From the NCBI GenBank assembly GCA_965205025.1, contig CBDBFU010000003.1, positions 1-64,000 on the forward strand: a DNA stretch of 64,000 nucleotides, given 5' to 3'. Positions 30,148-40,473 of this stretch are shown here, piece by piece (within the stretch, counting starts at the first letter, position 1; each line of letters starts with the position of its first letter). Below the pieces are notes generated by a model. The model did no database searches, was not told where the DNA came from, and saw nothing but the letters and a program-made list of their open reading frames with translations. The position numbers and the translations under genes are program-made. This DNA is from Candidatus Poribacteria bacterium (GTDB taxonomy: Bacteria; Poribacteria; WGA-4E; WGA-3G).

Positions 30148-31050
30148 ATGTCAAATGCAGATTATAAAATTGGAGTTGTAGGGGTTGGACGAATGGGGGC
30201 AAATATCGCACGACACCTAAATGATGAAGGATTTCAGCTTACTGTAGTATACGACGTTAGTTCAGAACGTTCTCAGGAATTGGCAGATGAAATTGATGCA
30301 ACTGCCGCAAACGAATTATCTCAGGTTACCACCCTTGCAGATTATATCATCACTGTTGTAACAGATGATAATGCAATGCGGGAAATATATTCTGATTCTG
30401 CAGAAGACAGTTTGCTAAAAGGGGCATCAGGAAAGGTCTTTATCAATTGTGCTACTATCAGTCCACAAGTTCACGTTGACATTGAAGCACTGGCTGAGAA
30501 ACATGGTGGTGAGAGTCTTGAAGGATGTATGGCAAGTAGTATCACACAAGCCAGAGAAGGAACACTATATCTAATGTGTGGTGGTAAAAAACAAACTTTC
30601 AACAAAGCACATCCAATTTTAGACTCTATGAGTGTTTCACTAAGGTATATAGGAGAATCTGGAAAAGCAGCACAAGTTAAGGCATTGGTAAATATGGTTA
30701 TGAATATCAATACTGCAGGATTAGCAGAAGGACTTGGATTAGGTGCTGCACTTGGTTTAGACCTTGAAATGTTACAGGAAGTATTTGCACAGACTGGGGC
30801 TAATTCACGTGTACTTGAGACTGATGGGGAAGATATGCAAATACGCGACCATGAATGTTACTTTTCTGCTGCACATGCATCAAAAGATTCTGGAATTGCT
30901 CTTGACTTAGCTGATGAAAAAGGAATTTCTCTACCTCTCGCACAAGCAACAAAAGATCAGTATGATAGGATGATAGAACAGGGTTTGGGAGAATTAGATA
31001 AATCAGGTGTTGCTGAATTGACCTTTCCTGATCGTGGTAAAAATTCCTAA
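30148..31050 (+). CDS. 3-hydroxyisobutyrate/6-phosphogluconate dehydrogenase-family oxidoreductase
   Basis: GVGRMG Rossmann motif; AQVKALVN catalytic Lys; GGAG RBS before ATG 30148. Confidence 0.9.
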   Translation: MSNADYKIGVVGVGRMGANIARHLNDEGFQLTVVYDVSSERSQELADEIDATAANELSQVTTLADYIITVVTDDNAMREIYSDSAEDSLLKGASGKVFINCATISPQVHVDIEALAEKHGGESLEGCMASSITQAREGTLYLMCGGKKQTFNKAHPILDSMSVSLRYIGESGKAAQVKALVNMVMNINTAGLAEGLGLGAALGLDLEMLQEVFAQTGANSRVLETDGEDMQIRDHECYFSAAHASKDSGIALDLADEKGISLPLAQATKDQYDRMIEQGLGELDKSGVAELTFPDRGKNS

Positions 31051-31131
31051 GTATTAGATCAATTCTATTTAAAATCCTGTCGGAATATATCCTGTTAAGT
31101 TGTATTTATTGTTAAATCCATAAGAGATATT

Positions 31132-31851
31132 ATGTTGAAAGGTGTAATCCTCGCAGGAGGACTTGGTACTCGTTTATATCCCTCCACTAAGAACACCAGT
31201 AAACACCTACTACCTGTTGGCAATGAGCCGATGGTTTTTCATAGTATAAGACAACTTACTACATCTGGCATTAAAGATATACTTATTGTAACGAATCCAT
31301 CATATCTTGAAGATTTCAAAGATGTGATAGGTACGGGGGAACAGTTTGGTTGTCAAATTGATTACCAAGTGCAAGTAGAAGCAAAAGGCATCGCACATGC
31401 ACTTGCTTTAGCAGAAGAATTCACTATAAGACATCGAATTGTTGTCTTACTAGGGGATAATATATTTGAAACAACAATTAAGACATATATTGAAGATTAT
31501 TTAAAACAGGAATGCGGAGCCAGAGTAGTACTTAAACAGGTAATTGACCCTGAACGGTACGGTGTAGCCAATATTGAAGAAAATAAAATATCCTCAATTC
31601 AGGAAAAACCTGATAACCCTCATAGTGATTATGCTGTCATAGGACTGTATTTTTATGATTCGACTGTATTTGACATCATACGAACAATTAAACCTTCATC
31701 TCGAGGTGAATTTGAGATTACATCGGTTAACAATGTTTATCTTAGACGTGGACAACTCGAATATAGTATTCTTCAAGGTGCATGGGTAGATGCAGGAACC
31801 CACGAATCCCTTGTGATTGCTAATGAAATGCTTTTGAATAGGACGGAATAG
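31132..31851 (+). CDS. Sugar-phosphate nucleotidyltransferase (RmlA/SpsI-like)
   Basis: ILAGGLGTRL, LGDN, EKP, RGEFEIT and WVDAGT motifs. Confidence 0.9.
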   Translation: MLKGVILAGGLGTRLYPSTKNTSKHLLPVGNEPMVFHSIRQLTTSGIKDILIVTNPSYLEDFKDVIGTGEQFGCQIDYQVQVEAKGIAHALALAEEFTIRHRIVVLLGDNIFETTIKTYIEDYLKQECGARVVLKQVIDPERYGVANIEENKISSIQEKPDNPHSDYAVIGLYFYDSTVFDIIRTIKPSSRGEFEITSVNNVYLRRGQLEYSILQGAWVDAGTHESLVIANEMLLNRTE

Positions 31852-31853
31852 CC

Positions 31854-33077
31854 TTGAAGGCAACACAAAAACCCTTTTTATCTATTGTTGTTCCAGTCTA
31901 CAATGAGGAGCATAATGTTGAACCTTTATATGAAAAAATACGGAATGTCTGTGAGACAGTTGGGAAATCCTTTGAAGTATTATTTGTCGATGACGGGAGC
32001 AATGATAAGACATTCGAAGTACTTTCAAATTTAAGGGATATTGAACCAAATTTGGCTGTAATCCGGTTTCAGAAGAATGCTGGGCAGACTTCTGCAATGG
32101 CTGCAGGTTTTGAATATGCACAAGGTGAAATTATAATCAGTATGGATGGAGATCTACAGAATGATCCGGCTGATATACCAAAACTACTTGAAAAACTCGA
32201 TGATGGGTACGATTTAGTCTGTGGATGGCGTAAGGAAAGGCATGACAAATTTTGGAGTCGTAAAGTTCCTTCCATAATTGCAAACTGGATAATAGGAATA
32301 GTTACAGGGGTAGCAATACATGATAACGGTTGTTCTCTAAAAGCATACCGGTCTGAAATGATAAAACAGGTCCCTTTATATGGGGAGATGCATCGTTTCA
32401 TTCCTGCAATGTCTACTGTTGTTGGTGCTCGGATTTCAGAAATTGTTGTCACACATCATCCTCGACAATTTGGTACAAGTAAATATGGTCTCGGAAGAGT
32501 TTGGAAGGTCTTCCTTGATATTTTAGCCTTTAAATTACTGCTTTCAATATTTGCACAGACTACAAATAATGACAGAATTGACGCAACACAAGAATCTATT
32601 AGCCATCAATACATAAAATATAATATATATCGTATATCTGCATTCCTTAGCCTTCCATTCTTAATCTCTGGTTTCTTCTTGTTTAATATATCCAATATCA
32701 TAGGATTTAGTCTTATGAGTATTTTTGCTTCCATAATCGGAATTGGTATAATTACTGGTACCACTGTATCAAAAGCTCATAGAGAAGCTGCAGATTTCAG
32801 TACACTTGCTCGATTTTTTATAATTCACTGTTCAAGACGTCCTATTCGATACTTTGGACCATTTAGTACGCTAATTGTCTTAATTGGATGTATAGTTTAT
32901 GGGTTTTTCCCAAGTTTCGCTCCTTTTATTATTACTCTTGGAATATTGGGGTTTTACATTGGACTCTTTGGTGAAGTCATTTCTTATACAAACGCAAAAA
33001 AAGTTCATGATTATACAGTGGAAATCTTCCTAAATTCCAGAAACGAGGTTATGGGTCTTGACAACAATATTCAATGA
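31854..33077 (+). CDS. GT2 polyprenol-phosphate glycosyltransferase (ArnC/GtrB-like)
   Basis: PVYNE, VDDGS, DGDLQ and MHRFIP motifs; C-terminal TM helices. Confidence 0.9.
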   Translation: MKATQKPFLSIVVPVYNEEHNVEPLYEKIRNVCETVGKSFEVLFVDDGSNDKTFEVLSNLRDIEPNLAVIRFQKNAGQTSAMAAGFEYAQGEIIISMDGDLQNDPADIPKLLEKLDDGYDLVCGWRKERHDKFWSRKVPSIIANWIIGIVTGVAIHDNGCSLKAYRSEMIKQVPLYGEMHRFIPAMSTVVGARISEIVVTHHPRQFGTSKYGLGRVWKVFLDILAFKLLLSIFAQTTNNDRIDATQESISHQYIKYNIYRISAFLSLPFLISGFFLFNISNIIGFSLMSIFASIIGIGIITGTTVSKAHREAADFSTLARFFIIHCSRRPIRYFGPFSTLIVLIGCIVYGFFPSFAPFIITLGILGFYIGLFGEVISYTNAKKVHDYTVEIFLNSRNEVMGLDNNIQ

Positions 33078-34194
33078 TTGGCAATCAGAATTCCCTGTAA
33101 CTCAGAAATATGTCTATATGAACCATGCTGGTGTAGCCCCGCTATCAAAGCGTGTACAAAAGGCTATGGTGAATTTCGTTGAAGATGCAACTGTGAATGG
33201 GGCAGTTAATGTAGATGATTGGGTTGATACAATTGAGGAGTGTAGAGATAGTGCAGCAAAGCTATTGAATGCTAATAACTCTGAAATTGCATTTATGAAG
33301 AATACCACACAAGGTATACTCATCGCTGCAAACGGAATTGATTGGAATGACGGTGATAATGTTGTAACTACTGCAGTTGAATTCCCTGCAAATATCTATC
33401 CTTGGTGGAGTTTAAATCAACGATACGGTGTAGAAACCCGTATGGTATCAGAAAAAAATGGTAAGATATATTTACAAGATCTTATTGATACTATTGATGA
33501 TAGAACACGGGCTTTAACAATAAGTCATGTTGAATTTGCATCTGGTTACCGAAATGACATTACTGCAATCGGTAAAATATGTCATGAACGAGATATATGG
33601 TTTGTTGTTGATGCTATTCAGAGTCTTGGGGCAATTAAGGTTGATGTCAAGAAGAGTAAAATCGATATACTTGCTGCTGATGGTCATAAATGGATGTTAG
33701 CCCCTGAGGGTGCCGCTGTTTTCTATTGTTCAGACAGTAAACGTGACCGACTTATCAATACTAATCTTGGATGGGCAGGTGTAGTAAATCCACGAGATTT
33801 TCTTGATTATGATATAACTCAAAAACCTGATGCCACACGATTTGAAGAAGGATCATATAACACGACAGGTATATATGGACTTAATGCTGCAATAAATTTA
33901 CTAAAGCAAGTTACAATAAAGAACATTGAGGAGAGGATACTTGATCTAACTGGTAAGTTAATAATAGGTTTGGAGAAAAAAGGTTATATAGTTGTTACAC
34001 CAAAAACCAATTCTGATCGCGCAGGGATAGTTATTTTTGAGAGCGACAAATACACTCCAACTGATTTATTCAAATTACTTCAAGATAATTACATCATTGC
34101 AGCAGAACGTGGAAGTGGTATAAGAATTTCTCCACATTTCTATAATTCTGAATCTGAAGTTGAAAGACTACTAAATACACTTCCTGATAATTAA
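33058..34194 (+). CDS. Class V PLP aminotransferase (cysteine desulfurase-like fold)
   Basis: YMNHAG, DAIQSLG, GHKWM and RISPHFYN motifs. Confidence 0.9.
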   Translation: MTTIFNDWQSEFPVTQKYVYMNHAGVAPLSKRVQKAMVNFVEDATVNGAVNVDDWVDTIEECRDSAAKLLNANNSEIAFMKNTTQGILIAANGIDWNDGDNVVTTAVEFPANIYPWWSLNQRYGVETRMVSEKNGKIYLQDLIDTIDDRTRALTISHVEFASGYRNDITAIGKICHERDIWFVVDAIQSLGAIKVDVKKSKIDILAADGHKWMLAPEGAAVFYCSDSKRDRLINTNLGWAGVVNPRDFLDYDITQKPDATRFEEGSYNTTGIYGLNAAINLLKQVTIKNIEERILDLTGKLIIGLEKKGYIVVTPKTNSDRAGIVIFESDKYTPTDLFKLLQDNYIIAAERGSGIRISPHFYNSESEVERLLNTLPDN

Positions 34195-34233
34195 TTATAA
34201 CTTTCAAATAAGAAAACAATCTGAGAAAACAGA

Positions 34234-35661
34234 GTGATATTACAAACTATGAGAATTCTTCAACTTAATAAGATATTAAAATTATACTTTCTCTCAATAT
34301 TAATCTTATATATTGGATGTACTTTCCCTGGTAGTAAAAAAGATACCAACCGAATTAGATTTACAATCCAAAATACACTGACAGAACCTCAGAAGAACAT
34401 ACCAATCAATCTATCGTTAGAACGACTAAGAACAGTAAAATCTGATTTTTCTTTGAAAGCATTCTCAGTTGTTACAGGAAAAGCACCAAAAGAAGCGATG
34501 ATTCCAGCTCAAGCTGATGATTTAGATTATGATGGAGTCCGTGATCAACTTACTTTCTTATTAGATTTTATCCCACAAGAAACAAAAGAAATCTCAATAT
34601 TATATGATCCTGATGTACAAGCAACATTTACACTTGAAGTGAAAAAACAGTCTCGTGCCGGGATATTCCCTGAATTAGACGCTTCAGGGGCAATTGAATC
34701 TGACCTAATGGCTTATATATTAAAAGCAGATGGTTCTGTAGTTCCCTATGGAAAAAGAAGAGTAGATTTATTCAGTGTAGATGGCATGTTTCAAAATGAA
34801 TTGGACTTCAATGATCAACTTACACCAGAATTCAGGCAGCATTTTGAATCGAATAATATACAACTTACACAGACTCCTCAGGCATTAGATATAGAGATAA
34901 TTACTCCTGAATTTAGTTGGATAATCCACGACTTTGATAACCAAGAAGATTATTATATACGTAAATCAGACGAACAACTGAATCTGTATAAATCAATAGG
35001 GTTATCTTTAAACCAATTATTAACAGACGATAATACCACATTTGTCCCTCTTACTTCTCAAGAAACAATCATTGGATGTGGGGGGTATGTTATATACAAC
35101 AAAGTAAGTAGAAAAATATTTTCATTGAATAATCAGAATGATTACGTACGAATTCTTGCAAATGGTGGAATGAGATCAGTCATTCAAAGAGTATTACCTG
35201 AGGTAAAAATATTGGGTGAAAAATATAAGATGACAATCAGTACTTTCATCTATAGTAGAAATACATGGATTAACCAGACTATACATTTCGATAAACAATT
35301 ATCCTCTGATATAGCTTTGGCAGTTGGGATACCTAAATTTGAGAGCGAATTCGGTATTGATGAAGAATTACAATTGATCTGGTCTTGGGGAACTGATCCG
35401 AATGGTTCACATCCACTCGGTTATGCACTTTTTTATGATGAACCTAAGAGTGATGGAATCATAGAAATTGATCCTTCAATATTATCTATTTCATTAAAAC
35501 CTAATGAACGTGGACACATATATTACCGTGTATTATCTATTTGGGATGGAGGAATTAATACTATTCTTACAAAAACAGAATTTCTAAAATATCTAAAGAA
35601 TATGAGAACAATTATGGAAAATAAACCAACAATTAATTTCATACATGGAGAAGATAATTAG
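34234..35661 (+). CDS. Lipoprotein, DUF4861-like
   Basis: IGC lipobox; PAQADDLDYDG..DQLTF motif. Confidence 0.6.
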   Translation: MILQTMRILQLNKILKLYFLSILILYIGCTFPGSKKDTNRIRFTIQNTLTEPQKNIPINLSLERLRTVKSDFSLKAFSVVTGKAPKEAMIPAQADDLDYDGVRDQLTFLLDFIPQETKEISILYDPDVQATFTLEVKKQSRAGIFPELDASGAIESDLMAYILKADGSVVPYGKRRVDLFSVDGMFQNELDFNDQLTPEFRQHFESNNIQLTQTPQALDIEIITPEFSWIIHDFDNQEDYYIRKSDEQLNLYKSIGLSLNQLLTDDNTTFVPLTSQETIIGCGGYVIYNKVSRKIFSLNNQNDYVRILANGGMRSVIQRVLPEVKILGEKYKMTISTFIYSRNTWINQTIHFDKQLSSDIALAVGIPKFESEFGIDEELQLIWSWGTDPNGSHPLGYALFYDEPKSDGIIEIDPSILSISLKPNERGHIYYRVLSIWDGGINTILTKTEFLKYLKNMRTIMENKPTINFIHGEDN

Positions 35662-35693
35662 ACTTAGATTGACTCTAAACCTATGGAGGATTA

Positions 35694-36290
35694 ATGCTCA
35701 ATAAAGAAGAATGTCTCAGTGTGATAGCATCCCAACGTAATGATGAAATTGTCATCACAACTATGGGGACGAGTGTGCCTTGGGCAAGAATCTCCTCACA
35801 TCCATTGGATTATGCATCGGTTGGTAGTGCGATGGGACATGCTGCTGATTTAGCTATCGGTATCGCTTTGGCAAGACCGGATAATAAGGTAGTTGTATTA
35901 AATGGTGATGGAAGCATGTTGATGTGTTTAGGTACGCTTGCAACAATTACTGGCTTGGATAAAATGCCTACTAATTATATATTATTTGTTTGTGATAATG
36001 GTACCTATGAAGTAACTGGGAATCAACCAGTTCCTCGAAATCCAGATTTATCATGGATAACCATTGCAAAAGGTGTAGGTTTTCAGGAAGTGTATGAATT
36101 TGATGACATTAAAGTCCTTCAGGACAATCTACCAAAGATATGGAATAAGTCAGGTCCAACATTTGTGAGTTTAAAAATTGAACAAGCAAATGAACCACCC
36201 CCAGACAGATGGGGAGGATTCAATTTTCCATATTTACAAGAAACCTTGGCAACATCAACCCATAATTTAAGGACTGCTTTATCACAATAA
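35694..36290 (+). CDS. Thiamine-diphosphate-binding subunit (sulfopyruvate/phosphonopyruvate decarboxylase beta-like)
   Basis: AMGH, GDGSMLM..DNGTYEVTGNQP TPP motif; GGAGG RBS. Confidence 0.85.
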   Translation: MLNKEECLSVIASQRNDEIVITTMGTSVPWARISSHPLDYASVGSAMGHAADLAIGIALARPDNKVVVLNGDGSMLMCLGTLATITGLDKMPTNYILFVCDNGTYEVTGNQPVPRNPDLSWITIAKGVGFQEVYEFDDIKVLQDNLPKIWNKSGPTFVSLKIEQANEPPPDRWGGFNFPYLQETLATSTHNLRTALSQ

Positions 36291-36313
36291 ATAATCCGAT
36301 AGGAATTACTACT

Positions 36314-37210
36314 ATGGTAACAAAATTAGAAAAACGGAGAATGGGACGGACTGAAATGCATCCAAATTCATTAGGACTTGGTGCTGCATGGTTATGTCAT
36401 AAACCTGATGATGAGGTCATCAATTCAATTCGTCGGGCAATTGAACTTGGAATTAATTATATTGATACTTATCCTGGACATGCAGAACATCTTTGGGGTA
36501 AAGCTCTTTCTGATGGATTAAGAGAAAGGATCTATCTACAAGCAAAAGTAGGTACACATCCTGAAAGAAGGAAAGATTTTACTGAAGATGGAACACGTTG
36601 GAGCGTTACCAACAGTATTAGAGATTTACAGACAGAATATCTTGATGCAGTCTTGATTCATGATCCAGAAAATATGGAGAGTGTATTAGACAAAGGTTGT
36701 GCATTAGACACACTCTTGGAGATGAAGTCAGAAGGTATTATACGACACATTGGTGCGGGAGTACGATCTCATGAATTCCATAAAGAATTGATACAAACGG
36801 GACATATAGATATCATACTTACCTTCCTTGATTACACACTACTATCACAAACTGTTGCCAAAACAACAATCCCGTTAGCACGTGAATATGATGTAGGACT
36901 AATTCTTGCCAGTCCATTAGGAATGGGAAGTTTAACAGGTGTAGAACCAAACATTGAAGATGAACGTAGAAGAAATCCTGATGGCGAACCCCAAGCACAT
37001 TCAATGTGGAAATGGTGTAAAGAAAAAGGTGTCAATATCCGTCATATAGCAATGCAGTTTTGTCTTGCTGCACCGATAGATGGCATAGTAATGTTCGGAC
37101 CAGCAGATAAATCTCAAGTGGAAGATGGTTATGAAGCAGCTACCACAACAATTCCTGAGGAAGTATGGGAATCTTTTGAAAATGAATTTGGTATAAGACG
37201 TGGTATGTAA
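36314..37210 (+). CDS. Aldo/keto reductase
   Basis: LGLG, GINYIDT, AKVG, IHDP and GIIRHIG motifs. Confidence 0.9.
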   Translation: MVTKLEKRRMGRTEMHPNSLGLGAAWLCHKPDDEVINSIRRAIELGINYIDTYPGHAEHLWGKALSDGLRERIYLQAKVGTHPERRKDFTEDGTRWSVTNSIRDLQTEYLDAVLIHDPENMESVLDKGCALDTLLEMKSEGIIRHIGAGVRSHEFHKELIQTGHIDIILTFLDYTLLSQTVAKTTIPLAREYDVGLILASPLGMGSLTGVEPNIEDERRRNPDGEPQAHSMWKWCKEKGVNIRHIAMQFCLAAPIDGIVMFGPADKSQVEDGYEAATTTIPEEVWESFENEFGIRRGM

Positions 37211-37216
37211 ACCAAC

Positions 37217-37299
37217 AGGACTTACCCACTTCCTTGGTAGGTGCGGTTTCTATCCCAACCATAAAATGAAGTTTATTTGTCTATCATCAAACTCACGTT
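37217..37299. repeat. Mosaic of repeat fragments (AGGACTTAC arm, GTAG REP half, ATCAAACTCACGTT arm)
   Basis: Matches the arms at 39063, 44872 and 12770; the last arm overlaps the trpA stop codon. Confidence 0.6.
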
Positions 37300-38098
37300 A
37301 AGATTTAACACCTTCAGACAATTCAGACGCAAACTTCTTTACTGCCTTTAACATTCGTTCTTTATTGTGCATATTATCTTCAACTACATTTACAATTGCA
37401 CTCCCAACAATTACACCATCCGCAATCTCTGATACCTCTTTCGCATGTTCAGGAGTTGATACTCCAAACCCAACACCCACAGGCTTATCTGTGTGTTCTC
37501 TGAGATTAGTTATCATAGGAGCTATTTCATCCGATAGAGTTGCACGCACTCCTGTCACTCCTATTAATGAAACACCATAGATAAATCCTGTACTGACCGA
37601 ACCAATTAATTCCATTCGATCAGAGGAACTAGTAGGTGCCACAAGAAAAATGGTTGATATATTATATTTTGAAGCTACTTCCAATAAAGGTTGACCTTCT
37701 TCCGGTGGCAAATCCGGTACAATCACCCCATCTACTCCTGCTTCTTGTGCTGATCTACAAAAAACTGATTCCCCCATTGAGAAGATTGGGTTGTAATAAC
37801 TCATCAAGGCAATAGGTATTTTTGTCTTCTGTCTAAGGTTAGAAACCATGTCTAAGATTTGTTCGAGGGAAATGTTGTGAGTAAGAGCACGTTCACTGGC
37901 TCTTTGAACTGTGGGACCGTCTGCTATTGGATCAGAAAATGGAACACCTAATTCTATCAGGTCTGCACCTGCATCTTCAAGTGTTAGAAGTAAATCTGGA
38001 GTTAATTCGGGGGTGGGATCACCTGCACAAAGGTAAGGCATAAAGGCACAGGTATCTGACTGTCTGAGCTCTTGAAATGTCTTGTCAATTCGATTCAT
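37298..38098 (-). CDS. trpA: Tryptophan synthase alpha chain
   Basis: IELGVPFSDPIADGP, YYNP, VPDLPPEE, GVTG and GVIVGSA motifs. Confidence 0.97.
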   Translation of the reverse strand: MNRIDKTFQELRQSDTCAFMPYLCAGDPTPELTPDLLLTLEDAGADLIELGVPFSDPIADGPTVQRASERALTHNISLEQILDMVSNLRQKTKIPIALMSYYNPIFSMGESVFCRSAQEAGVDGVIVPDLPPEEGQPLLEVASKYNISTIFLVAPTSSSDRMELIGSVSTGFIYGVSLIGVTGVRATLSDEIAPMITNLREHTDKPVGVGFGVSTPEHAKEVSEIADGVIVGSAIVNVVEDNMHNKERMLKAVKKFASELSEGVKS

Positions 38099-38143
38099 GT
38101 ATAATTATTTGAGAGTTCCACTAAGGATATTTTCAATTATACA

Positions 38144-38509
38144 TTGTCGATAATGTCTTGTCAAGTATCAGGGTTATTACCCAGTCAAAATATAGTTGTG
38201 AAATACTACCGAATAAACGCAAATACATTTATGAAAATAGAAGTTAAGCGTCAAAAAGATGCAAAGGTCTCTCCAACAACGCAGAGGAAGCGCATTAACC
38301 TTAAGATGGATACTGATAATATGACTCCAGAGGAAAAGGAGAAATTCAATAAAACATTTGAGATGCTACGAACTGAGGATGAATACGAAATCCGTGCTTG
38401 GAGAGCAAGCGGAGGTGAAGACCCTTATATTCTGTTCCAAGGTACGAAAGAAGCATGCGAAACAGAATATGCTAAACTCAAGCGCATACTAACAACTTCG
38501 GAATCTTAG
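38144..38509 (+). CDS. Hypothetical protein (true start probably further downstream)
   Basis: ORF with a plausible charged C-terminal half; no recognised motif. Confidence 0.4.
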   Translation: MSIMSCQVSGLLPSQNIVVKYYRINANTFMKIEVKRQKDAKVSPTTQRKRINLKMDTDNMTPEEKEKFNKTFEMLRTEDEYEIRAWRASGGEDPYILFQGTKEACETEYAKLKRILTTSES

Positions 38510-38680
38510 GTTAGGGTATGTTATATCGGATTGAGAGTGCAGGCATCGGATTTCGCTGCCAGCATTACATAATCAGAAAGAGGATGGATCGTTAGATAAA
38601 TTGTTAATATATGCTTTCAAATCAAAAGCGTTGTCGCCAACAAATAGACGTTTGAATATTTCATCAAAAACATAGTTTTT

Positions 38681-39283
38681 CACACTGGGTTATCTTCTAC
38701 TTGAGGGTCTTGCGTTGTTGTAGGAATATTGAAATCAGCTGCAGATGGTATTGGTTCAGTGAATGTCTCCCCACGTGCTTCAGCTGCCTGCCTACGCCGA
38801 TCCCAGTCTAAAAATTGTTGAATTATATCCATTTTTTATTTATTGTGCGCTTCCTGATTTTTTCTTTTTCTCTCTTCCCAGAGTAATCGAAATAAGAACA
38901 CAATGACACCTCCACCTTCCAAAAATGTAATGATTAAGGTTAAAGTCGCAAAGATTTTCGGACTATTATTGAATAACGTTGTGATGGCACCCAAAGAAGG
39001 TTAACCGGAAACAAAAAATATTAAGTATAGGATATATCCAATGACAACAATAAAAAATATTCAGGACTTATGCATTTCATCTTAAAGTCCCCCTGATAAG
39101 GGGGATTTAGGGGGTTAAAACACTGAAATGACGGCTTTTTAAGTCAAATTTTACCTTTTTCTGCTTAAGTTGCGTAAGTCCTAATATTAAGAAATAGTTT
39201 TTTGATGCCTTAGCATACCACGTATAACGAGCTAAATTATGTTCTTTATCTTGTTGGGTGCTTTCATGATTTTCTATAGACAT
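38681..39283 (-). pseudogene. Membrane-protein pseudogene split by a MITE and carrying two in-frame TAA stops
   Basis: Removing 39062-39182 plus one AATATT restores ..KNYFLIFFIVVIGYILYLIF..; C-terminus WDRRRQAAEARGETFTEPIP. Confidence 0.7.
39062..39182. mobile_element. 121-bp MITE with AGGACTTA(C/T)GCA TIR and 6-bp TSD AATATT
   Basis: TIRs at 39063-39074 and 39171-39182; AATATT at 39056-39061 and 39183-39188; core CTTAAAGTCCCCCTGATAAGGGGGATTTAGGGGGTTAAAA identical to 12661-12700. Confidence 0.85.
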
Positions 39284-39495
39284 TTCGTCCCTACGGGACT
39301 CCAATTTTTACAGCTAATTAATTCTATTTAGACGAAAATCGTAATGTAGATATTTCAATTGAAAACGGTATTATGCTACATAAAACGCGAGTTGGTAACC
39401 CATAGTTTTGGATTCCGCTGGAAAAATGTAAAATTGGACAAATTGAAGGATTAAATGTACTATTAATCATCTCTATTTTGGCTATAGGTAATGAA

Positions 39496-40458
39496 ATGAA
39501 ACAAGTTCTTATTGATACTGATCCAGGGGTAGATGATGCCTTAGCATTAATCTACGCTTTCAAATCGCCGGATATCAAGGTAGAAGCCATTACAACGGTT
39601 AGTGGGAATGTCAATCTTGAGACTACATCACAAAATCTCCTCAAAATACTAAATTTGATGAATCTTTCAGAATTTCCTATTATTGCAAAGGGTGAAGCAC
39701 AACCGTTGATAAAACCACCAGTAGTTGCTGAGGATGTTCATGGGAAGGATGGTTTAGGTAATATCAGTGAATTACTCAATTCTGCGGGGAAGTTGAAATA
39801 TGATACTGCAGATTGTCAATTTACAGATCAATCCGCAGATGACTTAATTCTTGAGATGGTAGACTGTTATCCTGACGAGTTGATTATAGTAGCTTTAGGT
39901 CCATTAACCAATATAGCTAAAGCAATTCAAAAGGATTTGACTCGTTTTCAAAAGGTACACAGTCTTTATCTCATGGGTGGTGTATTTACTGAATATGGTA
40001 ATATTACTACAAATGCGGAATTCAATGTTTTTGTTGATCCACACGCAGCCCACGAAGTATTTAAATCAGGTGTACCTATTCACATTGCCCCATTAGATGT
40101 GACACATCAAGTCAAATTGACAGGTGAACGGTTACAAATAGAACTTGGAGGACGGGAGGATATAATCTCATATTTTATATATGATTCTACACAAGCAGTG
40201 ATGCGGTTTTACCAAGAAAACGTTGGCTTCTATGGATTTCATATTCATGATGCACTACCAATTGGCATGCTCAATCATCCGGAATTATTCAAGAGTGTAG
40301 AAACTCACGTACAAGTAGAAACGGAGGGAGAATTAACCAGTGGCATGACAGTGGCTGATCTTCGTAAAAAGACTGTTACAGATCCAAATGCTAAAGTATA
40401 TGTTGAGGTAGATGCGGATTCTTTTCTTGACCTTTTCTTTAAAACAATCCTAACCTAA
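39496..40458 (+). CDS. Nucleoside hydrolase (IUNH family)
   Basis: DTDPGVDDA, HGKDGLG, GPLTN, AEFN and HD motifs. Confidence 0.94.
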   Translation: MKQVLIDTDPGVDDALALIYAFKSPDIKVEAITTVSGNVNLETTSQNLLKILNLMNLSEFPIIAKGEAQPLIKPPVVAEDVHGKDGLGNISELLNSAGKLKYDTADCQFTDQSADDLILEMVDCYPDELIIVALGPLTNIAKAIQKDLTRFQKVHSLYLMGGVFTEYGNITTNAEFNVFVDPHAAHEVFKSGVPIHIAPLDVTHQVKLTGERLQIELGGREDIISYFIYDSTQAVMRFYQENVGFYGFHIHDALPIGMLNHPELFKSVETHVQVETEGELTSGMTVADLRKKTVTDPNAKVYVEVDADSFLDLFFKTILT

Positions 40459-40473
40459 GCAATGCATACCCTA

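Noticed and set aside
37298-38098. trpA without trpB as a novelty
   Set aside because: Housekeeping genes are generally scattered in this window, so trpB is probably elsewhere
39107-39304. 65-aa ORF as an independent gene
   Set aside because: Chimera of the pseudogene 5' part and MITE sequence
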